NCBI GenBank assembly: GCA_964016885.1
Contig: OZ024761.1
Coordinates: 4,154,001-4,218,000 of the forward strand
DNA: 64,000 nt
From: Eledone cirrhosa
Taxonomy: Eukaryota
Reading direction: 5' to 3'
A program made the position numbers and the translations under genes. The notes under the pieces were generated by a model that did no database searches, was not told where the DNA came from, and saw only the letters and a list, made by a program, of their open reading frames with translations. Positions within the stretch are counted from its first letter, which is position 1, and the number at the start of each line of letters is the position of its first letter. Below, piece after piece: positions 13,501 to 23,705 of this stretch.

Positions 13501-14035
13501 AGCTCTGATACTACAGAGATGTGGTTAGAATGTCTCAGGAAAGAATGTCTGGACAGCTTTGAGAGATCACAGCTCTGATACTACAGAGATGTGGTTAGAA
13601 TGTCTCAGGTAGGAATCTCTGGACAGATTTGAGAGATCACAGCTCTGATACTACAGAGATGTGGTTAGAATGTCTCAGGAAAGAATCTCTGGACAGATTT
13701 GAGAGATCACAGCTCTGATATTACAGAGATGGGGTTAGAATGTCTCAGGAAAGAATCACTGGACAGATTTGAGAGATCACAGCTCTGATAATGCAGACAT
13801 GTGGTTAGAATGTCTCAGGAAAGAATCATTGGAGAGATTTTATGGACAAACCAACTGGCTGGAGAGCCAGAGGTAGACCCCGAGCAAGATAGTTGGATAA
13901 CATCCATGAGTTTGGCTGGTCTTGCTTGGGGATCCAGCCAGATCAGTTGGAGATGGTTGCTTCTGACAGGACCCGCTGGAAGGAGTGTTTGAGGACTCTG
14001 CCTTCGTGACCCTCGCAAGAAGAAGAAAAAGAAGA
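7575..14035 (+). mobile_element. Decayed RTE-clade LINE (family D) interrupted by an internal satellite
   Basis: Fragments GKATGED, NYRGISLLS, FVDLEKA, FADD, KTETLV, VEKF.YL and YGHE precede the array. RGRPR and an (AGA)-rich tail follow it. Many stops and frameshifts. Confidence 0.88.
8871..13840 (+). repeat. 70-bp tandem satellite (~71 copies) with higher-order structure
   Basis: Unit GAGAGATCACAGCTCTGATACTACAGAGATGTGGTTAGAATGTCTCAGGAAAGAATCACTGGACAGATTT. Diagnostic variants recur every 1470 bp. Confidence 0.98.
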
Positions 14036-14425
14036 TAATATATATTTACATTCAGGCAACACACACCTATATATATGTGTGTGTGTGTGTGTGTGTAGGT
14101 CTGTGTGTGTGTGCATGAGTAAGTCTCTATGTGTGTGTGTGTGTAGATCTGTGTGTGTGTGTAGATATGTGTGTGTGTGCTTGAGTAAGTCTGTGTGTGT
14201 GTGTGTGTATGTATTGGACCTACAATGGTTCTTAGACAAGTGTTCCAGTTGTTTCATAAATGAAACAGTCTGCTCATTTCCACAGACACGTGTACCACTA
14301 ATGTAGATCTCAGGGAGATTCAATGCGACACAGTGTAACAAGGCCGGTCCTTTGAATAACAGGCGCAACGTGAAATAAAGTGATTTGTTCAAGGATACAA
14401 TGTGTTGGTGGGAATCAAATACATC

Positions 14426-14497
<72 letters not shown>

Positions 14498-14859
14498 ATA
14501 CATATATATATATATATTTATATATGTATACATATATATATATATATTTATATATATATATATAAGATTCTATATATAAGCCCATGCTAGCGTGGAAAAT
14601 GGACGTTAAATGAAGATGATGATGATGATATAAGATTCTATATATATATATATAGTTTTTTCCCTGGATTAAACAAAATCTGGGGATAAAATTTCTGTCT
14701 TCACTTTTTTTGAATTGGGATTGAATTATTTTCCCATATCTTACATTAAATATTTTCCATCTTGACGTAATAGTCACTTATATGTATGAATTACTGTTGG
14801 CTCCTTGCTCACATTAATTTCTCTATTTTCATTTATATTTTCATTTATATTTTCATTTA

Positions 14860-14899
<40 letters not shown>

Positions 14900-14914
14900 C
14901 ATATATATATATAT

Positions 14915-14945
<31 letters not shown>

Positions 14946-17900
14946 CTAGCAGATTTACCCGGCGTTGCCCGGGGTTTGAAATTATGCTAAGAATATACAG
15001 CTAGGAAGTAAAAGAAGAACATTATTTGTCCCCAACCTGTCAAAATAAACAGAAGTCTTCAATAATTAATGCAAACGAATATTTAGTGCAATCTGTGTAC
15101 ACATAAAACTATGCTGATAATGAGGGAAAACACTGAACAGGATGTAGTTATACAAATGATTAAAGACAATACACATTGCAAATCTGTAAAAAAACAGGCA
15201 GTTTTACTAAAGTACAAAAAGTTGTAATGAAAGCAGAGTTGTATACAAACAAAAAAATACAATGAGAGTAGAATAAGAGAAAATCTATTCTTTGAGAGCA
15301 TCCTTTGCTGTGTATGGTTAAATTTTGAACTTATAATCCAAAATATCCTGCATGACATATCCATTGGTATGTTTTGTAATTAGTAAGGTGAAGTCAAGGC
15401 AGAGCTGTAATAAGTGTTTTTGTTAACACTAGAGCACTTCAGGATAGACGATATTCTTTGTTTTTCTTTTCGGAACAAACGCAAAGAGATTATCTCGACT
15501 GCCAACTCGTGAGCAGGCAACGTAGAATTGTCCGTGCGAAAAGCAAGGTTCATCCAAGTGAATTCCAGCGACGGATAGAGTTTGACCTTGCGACTTGTTT
15601 ATGGACATCGCAAAGGCAACACGAAGGGGAAATTGGGTTCGGCGAAAGGAGAAGGGAGTATCCATGCCTGATGTAGTCAGGCTAATTTTTGTTATTATCA
15701 CATCCTCGCCTTTTTCACATCCGGATAGAATGGTAGCGTCAATACTAAGCGAAGACAGTTTTTTTAACCACAAGGCGTGTACCATTGCATAGTTTTGGAG
15801 GAGTGATATTTCTCAGCAAAATAACTGGCGTTCCCTCTTTTAGAACCAATGTATTAGGAGGTAAACCCGGAGCATTTAAAGAATTTAGAAATTCAACTGG
15901 ATAATTGACCGCATCCTGTGGATCACATACAGTATCAATAGATTTATATATCCGTGGACATCCAGGAAGAAGCTGAAGAAGCTGATCGTTAATACAGCTA
16001 ACCGTGATATTTTTGGGTGCAAGAATGGCTCTTTCGCATAGCCAATCAAGATTCGTATAGTTATCACGCAAGTTCAGGAATACACTCGCCTTGAGATCAT
16101 CGACAGTTTCAACAACATTTCAGATGTGATCAATTGCTATGTGTCCATCTGTATCCGGAAGTAGGTTACCATCTCCTATTGTAAGAATGTCTCCAGAAAA
16201 TGTCTCTAGAAAATGTTGATGACAGAGGGTTCTTATGCAACCTTACATGCATGTTGGTAGTTAGTATTAATGATGTCGCTTGTCGCCACAATGGCATGCA
16301 TTTACCGCATCTGCTCTTGTTCCTTTTGGTATTATAGGAAGAGTCTGTCTGAAGTCTCCTGATAGCAGAAGAGTGACACCCCCCATAACATCACTGCAAT
16401 CCCGTATGTCTTGCAAAGACCTGTCCAGTGCCTCAAGAGCACCTTTGTGCGCCAATGTGCTCTCATCTCAAACAATAAGGTGACACCTTCACAGCAGATG
16501 AGCCCTTTCGGAGTCTTTGGTGATATGACAAGTAGGAGTTTCCAATTTTGCCAAATCAAGGGGTAATTTAAAAACTGAATGTGCCGTCCTTCCACCAGGG
16601 AGCAAAGTTGCTGCGATTCCAGAGGACGCAACTGGTATTGCTATGTCCTTATTCTGTCTAACCTTTGCAAGAAGAAGTTTAGTAACAAAAGTTTTACCCC
16701 CCCCCCCCCCCCCCCCTGGAGCATCGAGGAAAAATATGCCACCTCTTCTTTGAAATACCGATTCAGTAATAGAGTTTAAAGAAAGCGGTACGATTAGTAT
16801 CCTTTGGTTCTTGTGTTAACTGAGCAGCTGATGCATTCGTAAAATATACTCTCTGACCGTTCTCCAGGTGCACTTGGAGTTTTTGAACAGCAGGATGCCG
16901 TTGATGTATAAAAAATCCGAAAATCTGCCAGAACGCTTCATTAGAGCTTAATGTATCTTCCAGTTTGGTACTGGGCTACTTCATCTCGGCTGTTTTCCCA
17001 AAGTAATCCAAACGTAGCAGCATCAGAGCCTTTATTAATGTACTTACAAATGTATTTTATAGATTTAATCAAATTACAGTATTCTACGTTTATGTGTGCA
17101 TCAAAAATCTTTATAAGGAGTGGATTATATGGAACAACCCATCTGTTGTCAACCTCATGTTTTCCAACCCTTGCTGTGAATCCACCATGTTCGGATCTTC
17201 TCCGGCGATATAGTGGGTATCCGTCATGACCAGTCTGAGTGTCCTTAAGGAACTGTCAAGGAAATTTCTTTGAGCACCTAGACTTGTCCTTAACACACGG
17301 TAGGTTGTTGTGAAATCCATGTCCACATGGGCCATCCGCCATGTGTGCTTTAACTTTTTGGCAAAGGTCCCTGTCGATTGGCGGATCCGGAAACTCAGCA
17401 TAAATGACATTGTCAATTTCATCTGATCTAAGTTTTGTCTTTAACCAGATCAGAATGTGGGCATGTGGCAAGCCTCGTTTTTGCCACTCAAATGTAAGCA
17501 TGTCACATTGTACTGGGCCAAAGATTTCACCTGTTTTGATAAGTTCCATGAGCTTAATTAACTTAAGATGGAAAACTCTGGCAATAAGATCCTGCCTGGC
17601 TGTGGCTTTTTGACCTGGAAAGAGTTCTTTCTGAATCTCTTCCCATTTTGGGTTTGAAGTGAAAGTAATAAACAAATCTGGTTTACTGAAAAGGCGCACA
17701 AAAGTTAAAGCATCTTGAAATTTTTCGAAAAAGAACCGAGGACTTCCTGTGAAAGATGAAGGAAGGATGCACAAGAGTCCAATACTATCAGAATCTGCAT
17801 CATTGTTCATTCCATCACAAAGGTGAATATAAGTGTCACAGCGAAGTTGTTTCTGATTAAGTCGAGTGAAGCCTAATCTCTCGGACTCCATTTTTGCGAA

Positions 17901-19200
17901 CATGTCAACTGCAAATTGATTGAAGAGGTCTTGTGATCGGTGCAGCTGGTTGAAGCAGTTGTCGCGGATCATGAATCGGAAAGCGTAAAAATCCATGCAT
18001 GTGACAATTTTCGTGATATGCTCATCTTTGTTTGTGGAATTAATTTGATGAATTCCGAAATGGTATCCATCCTCACCATAAACAAATAATAGCGGATACT
18101 GGAGTGCGTCGTAAGATCAATGGGTTTCACTTATTCTGTTAAGGCTGTTGTCTCGTCGCTTGATAATGATGTCTCTCTTGTTGTGCTGCTCTGGAGAGGT
18201 TGCGGTGGTTCCCTAAGGGTGGGCAAATTAACCTTACCATTGGAGCAGCACATTCCAGCCGATTCTGCCGCCCACTTTTTAGCTTTACAATGTTGGCAAG
18301 TATTTGACATGGGTTATATTTGAATATCAGGATGGATTTGATAGTTTACATTAGGGTCATAATTAACTGCCTTAAGGTACCATCGTGAGCGTGATGCCTT
18401 TGAAATACCCCGTGATAAAGCTCTACATTGAGCGTTACCCTCCAGCCGAATAGCTCGACTTGTTACAGTCTCTACAGCTCGTGCCGTAGCAGTGGCTGAA
18501 GCATTTCTCAATTGGCGACTTTGACGTTCTTGCTCAGTCTCAATTGCTCTTGCTGCAGCATTAGCTGAAGCATTACGTGCACGGCGTGTTTCATATTTTT
18601 GTACTGTCTCTGCAGATCTTGCTGCAGCAGTATCTGTAGCATCCATAGCAAGGTGTGTTTCACGTTGCTCTGTAATCTCTGCAGCTCGTGCTGCAGCAGT
18701 TGCTTTAGCATTATTGGTTTGCCGCATTAACCGATGCTCAGCGGCAGACAAAGATGTTTCAATAACTGTACTCACCACATTTTGTGATTGTCTATTTTCG
18801 GTTATCGGCGGAGCGTCATTTACACGCATTGTTTTCTTCGACTGAGAGGTCAAAGTCCGAGAGCCAATATGTGCATACTTTCTTTTATTTGGTGAAACAT
18901 TGTAAAGTCAAAATATATGAATTGAAGCGTTAGGGTAAAATTTAAAATATACTGGCAAAACTTAAAAAATCCTTTGAATAACTACATCCTTTTCAGTATG
19001 TTCCTTCATTGTCAATAAAGTTTGATGTGTACGAATACAGCTGGAAGTATAGATGATGCCTGCCTCAAATGTGGACGAAATTACTTTAAAAACCATCTTA
19101 GCGACAGGTGCAATGTGCACAGAAAATCTGGTCAAATTCGGTTGGTAATTGTAAAAGCCTTAGGTATCCAAAGTTGTACACAGACACACACACATTCTCG

Positions 19201-19210
<10 letters not shown>
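14946..19210 (-). mobile_element. Helitron, formerly autonomous, with a disrupted Rep/PIF1-helicase ORF
   Basis: Rep HUH motifs DLFITFT, EWQKRGLPHAH and KYICKYINKG. PIF1 helicase motifs FFLDAPG..GKT, GDFRQTLP, LCNGTRL, QFPLRVAFAMSINKSQGQT and FSHGQFYVACSRV. The 3' end has hairpin CCCGG-GCAACG-CCGGG then CTAG|T. (TA)n lies on both sides. Confidence 0.95.
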
Positions 19211-19255
<45 letters not shown>

Positions 19256-19276
19256 ATATATATTTATATGTGTATG

Positions 19277-19330
<54 letters not shown>

Positions 19331-19420
19331 TATATGCAAAAGTTCTATTTAAAATTGTTGGGATACAACAAGTAAATATTTTATAACTGATATAAAGCAC
19401 TCGACAAGTTTTTGGAGTAG

Positions 19421-19810
19421 ATATACGATATTAAATAAATGGAAACTATATTTATAAAACCATATTTATTTCATTATACATATTTCAGGGATACCAAATT
19501 AAAATATGGTATGCCTTCATCAGACAAAATACAATATATAAACAGTTTTATAAATAATTTTGACGTACCCTATTAGATGCAACCATTATTTTTGGAAGCA
19601 ACCATAATTATAAACATCTCACTATCCAGACAGCTTCCAAAAATAATGGTTGCATCTAATAGGCTACGTCAAAATTATTTATAAAACTGTTTATATATTG
19701 TATTTTGTCTGATGAAGGCATACCATATTTTAATTTGGTATCCCTGAAATATGTATAATGAAATAAATATGGTTTTATAAATATACTTTCCATTTATTTA
19801 ATATCGTATA
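19421..19810. repeat. Long inverted repeat (~180-bp arms, ~33-bp spacer) carrying a degenerate hammerhead-like motif in each arm
   Basis: 19421-19599 is the near-perfect reverse complement of 19633-19810. CTGATGA...stem...GAAA lies at 19709-19749. Confidence 0.9.
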
Positions 19811-19834
19811 TATATATATATTTATATGTGTATG

Positions 19835-19935
<101 letters not shown>

Positions 19936-20029
19936 ATATATATATGTATATATATATATGTATATATATAGAGATTACAATAATCAAAGTTCAGTTTAAG
20001 TCATTTATTTGCTTACAATTGTTTCCTGC

Positions 20030-20292
20030 AATATAAGTATGTATACATACATACATATATGTATACAGACGTACAGTAGTATGTATATATATATATACGT
20101 ATACACACCGAGCATTATAATAAATGTTCGGTAAATCCATACATATATATATGTGTGCATGTATGTATGTATATATATATACATACTACTGTACGTCTGT
20201 ATACATATATGTATGTACGTATACATACTTATATTTAAGTAACAGCCGTACTAAGAGTGGGAAATGAAATTTCGTTTCATTTTTTCCGTTTA
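20030..20292 (+). repeat. Second, partial copy of the 6258-6812 family with an inverted 5' piece
   Basis: Shares ACACCGAGCATTATAATAAATGTT and CTTATATTTAAGTAACAGCCGTACTAAGAG. Confidence 0.8.
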
Positions 20293-20437
20293 TATATATA
20301 TATGTATATATATGTGTGTGTATATGTGTATCCCGGGTTCAATCAAGGGTAACCACAGTAAGTAAGGTACTCAATACATAGCAGAGTATAAATATTTATT
20401 ATAGAAATGGCTCTATATTAAATATATATATATAATA

Positions 20438-20778
20438 TGGAAGCACATGGCTTAGTGGTTAGAGCATTGGCCTTGCAATCGAAAGGTTGTGAGTTCAATT
20501 CTCGGACCGGGTGATGTGTTGTTTCCTTGAGCAAGACACTTTATTTCACATTGCTCCAGTTCACTCAGCTGTAGAAATGAGATGATAGGGACTGAGGTCC
20601 CTATCATTCCACTGCAAAGTGGTCGTGGAGGTGCCACGGCAAAAAAGCACCCAGCACTCACTGTAAATGAGGTTGGTGTTAGGAAGGGCATCCAGCTGTA
20701 GAAATCAAGCCAGAATCAGTTCCCGTCCCACCCTTGCAAGCAGGGAAAAGCTGACGTAAAAATGATGATGATGATGAT
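20438..20778 (+). mobile_element. Full-length tRNA-derived SINE (family 1) with RTE-derived tail
   Basis: tRNA head with A/B boxes, central core, AGGAAGGGCATCCAGCTGTAG block, CCCGTCCCACCCTTGCAAGCAGGG and a (GAT)n tail. Confidence 0.92.
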
Positions 20779-20827
20779 ATATATATATATATATATATTA
20801 GCGTGGAAGATGGACGTTAAATGATGA

Positions 20828-20871
<44 letters not shown>

Positions 20872-20911
20872 AATTGACAACCAAAGAAAGTATTTCAAAT
20901 CCTTGTATTAA

Positions 20912-20969
20912 TGTCTACGCTTGTTTCAACTTTAGTGTTACCATGTAACACTAAACCTTCGTCAGGACA
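20912..20969 (-). ncRNA. Type I hammerhead ribozyme motif
   Basis: Minus strand reads TGTC-CTGACGA-AGG-TTTAGTGTTAC(ATG)GTAACACTAAA-GTT-GAAAC-AAGC-GTA-GACA. Confidence 0.7.
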
Positions 20970-21039
20970 ATAATTCGGGATTTGGTGATACAAAGAAATA
21001 CAAGAATCCATAGTGTTATTTCATCCCCGAACAATAATG

Positions 21040-21560
21040 TCTGAAACCACCCTAAATCAATTCTTAAGTCTATAGTAAAAAATGTATGAAATATAATTTC
21101 TAAATTGTCCTCCAATAAAGATATATTTTACCAAAACAATGAGGCATCAACTAGATCAGAATATAAAGACTGAATCTAATATCACATAAATAACAATAAT
21201 TTTAGCAATGAGATTATAATTATATATAAATATAAATATAATTATTCATAATAGCATATTATGTATTTCAAAATACAACCCGGATATTGAATCTAACCTA
21301 AAGGACATGAATGATAAAACTACCAATTATGACTATTATTGTTACCCTAGATACAGCATCTAACACTAATATGTTTAATAGTAACTCAAGTGAACCTTAC
21401 ATCACTACAGGATAGTTATACATGGCCTCCAGCATATTCCAATGATTGTATTATTGCATAAGCATCTGATGAAGTCACATGAATAACCATGTAACAGAAT
21501 TATGTATCATGCAATAAAGAATTATGGTGAATTAATCCCGTCTTAACTATTCTTATTTGA
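21040..21560 (+). mobile_element. Penelope-like element remnant
   Basis: 21045-21131 translates to NHPKSILKSIVKNV*NIISKLSSNKDIF, resembling the SNHP region C-terminal to the PLE RT. A degenerate hammerhead-like motif follows at 21462-21512. Confidence 0.6.
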
Positions 21561-21622
21561 TATACTAGTAACAATAAGTGTTATATACCAAAATAAAAAT
21601 TACTTAATGGTATTAAGGTAAA

Positions 21623-22093
21623 CTAGCAGAAAAACCACCCTTCAGGTGGTTCGGGTGGTTTTTCTGCTAGCCTGTGTAGTGTGTATATTGATATTATACG
21701 CAAGTATATATATGCATGTAGATATGATACATCAAATAACATCATAATTGACAATATACACAGAAATTGAACGAAGACTGTGTTACACTGTCTTCTGTAA
21801 TCAGTAATGTAATCCATGATACATTAAAAAAAGACGATGTTATATATAAACTGCATTAGGAGAAAATTAATGAAGGAAATATATGCGATGTTTATTTAAG
21901 CGATCGCTAACCGGAAGTGTTGACATTTGAAAATTTTAAAGAAGTGAATCTTTAATCAACAGCTACGAAGTTTAGCACATAAATTATGTAATATTCATTC
22001 ATAATTTATTAAAAGTAATCCAACTTATTTTACAAACAGGATATATAATATATATTTTGGATGCAGTCCCGCACTCCTTACTTTATTATAGTT
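21623..22093 (-). mobile_element. Non-autonomous Helitron-like element
   Basis: Homologous to 63159-63641. Ends in a hairpin plus CTAG|T on the minus strand. Confidence 0.65.
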
Positions 22094-22221
22094 AAGATAA
22101 TGGAAATACCAAACAAATAACACAACATATACTTAACCCTTATAAACACTCAAACTCTATACAAATAACTTACATTCTAATAAACCCTTTAGAACCTAAT
22201 GATATAAATAACTATAGCACT

Positions 22222-22415
22222 AATAATTGTTTCTACTTTTGGCACAAGGCCAGTAATTATCCCAGTGTATTACTGGTACTTTATTACATCGACCCCGTAA
22301 GGAAGAAAGGCAAAATTAACCTCGGTGGGATTTGAACTCAGACCATAAAGGGCCGTAAGTCATTGCTGCAAAGCATGGCATTAGACTCTCTACCGATACT
22401 GCCAATCCACCACCC
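22222..22415 (-). mobile_element. SINE family 2 copy
   Basis: Reverse-complement homolog of 3113-3356. Confidence 0.8.
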
Positions 22416-22574
22416 TATATCACTAATAATGTACGTGCTCCCTGCCTTCTATCACAGTACTTACAACTTCTAGATAAGACAACGTCATCTAAACCGGCCC
22501 TAACTGGCCACTCATACTTATGATAAGGTATTGTTCTTAAAATAAATAACATCAAAATCTTATAGATTTGATAT

Positions 22575-22981
22575 GTCAGATAATTATGTAAGATAAAGGC
22601 TTTACCATGAAAATGCAATAGTATATATAATAATGTAAATCTTATGTGAGGTAAAGTCTTTACTGTGAAAATACAATAGTATATATAGAGTAATGTAAAT
22701 GTTATGTGAGATATTATGTGAGATATTATGTGAGGTAAAGCCTTTACTGCGAAAATACAATAGTATATATAGAGTAATGTAAATGTTATGTGAGATATGT
22801 GAGGTAAAGCCTTTATCGTGAAAATACAATAGTATATATATAGAGTAATGTAAATGTTATGTGAGACATTATGTGAGGTAAAGCCTTTACCGTGAAAATA
22901 CAATAGTATATATAGAGTAATGTAAATGTTTTGTGAGATATTATGTAAGATAAAGGCTTTACCATGAAAATACAATAGTAT
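22575..22981. repeat. ~60-75 bp minisatellite inside a TTAACCCTTT-ended MITE-like element
   Basis: Unit TATGTGAGGTAAAGCCTTTAC.GTGAAAATACAATAGTATATATAGAGTAATGTAAATGT. The same unit occurs at 49110-49445. Confidence 0.85.
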
Positions 22982-23320
22982 GGAGGCACATGGCTTAGTA
23001 GTTAGAGCATTGGCCTTGCAATCAAAAGGTTGTGAGTTCAATTCTCAGACCAGGTGATGTGTTGTTTCCTTGTGCAAGACACTTTATTTCACATTGCTCC
23101 AATTTACTCAGCTGTAGAAATGAGATGATAGGGACATGGGTCCATATCATTCCACTGCAAAGTTGACGTGTAGGCGCCACGGCACAAAAGCACCCAGCAC
23201 TCACTGTAAATGAGGTTGGTGTTAGGAAGGGCATCCAGCTGTAGAAATCAAGCCAGAATCAGTTCCCGTCCCACCCTTGCAAGCAGGGAAAAGTGGACGT
23301 AAAATGATGATGATGATGAT
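22982..23320 (+). mobile_element. Full-length SINE family 1
   Basis: Near-identical to 20438-20778. Confidence 0.92.
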
Positions 23321-23669
23321 ATATAGAATAATGTAAATGCTAAAGGGTTAACTAATAAAACTAGCTGTATAAGGCCTTCACATGGTTTAATCCCCCTTTT
23401 AGCAAACATAGAGCTACAAATATACCTAAATAGTTGTTTAGTATAATTGTCAAACATTTTCCACAATCACATAAATACCGTTTCTTAATACATTTCTTGG
23501 TAAGAAATGGGTCTCATAGCCCAATTTATCCATCGGCTATATATATATATATATATATATATATAGATATGTGTGTGTGTTTGTGTGTATATATATATGT
23601 GTGTGTATATATATATATATACATATATATATATAAATATATACTGTGTATATATACACTGTATATATG

Positions 23670-23700
<31 letters not shown>

Positions 23701-23705
<5 letters not shown>

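Noticed and set aside
8871-13840. CRISPR-like regular array
   Set aside because: No unique spacers and no cas genes. It is a head-to-tail satellite in eukaryotic DNA.
13943-14990. YI/HT/CV dipeptide ORFs here and throughout the window
   Set aside because: Translations of (TA)n and (CA)n microsatellites.
20438-20512. tRNA gene
   Set aside because: It is the head of a multi-copy SINE and continues into the core and LINE-derived tail.
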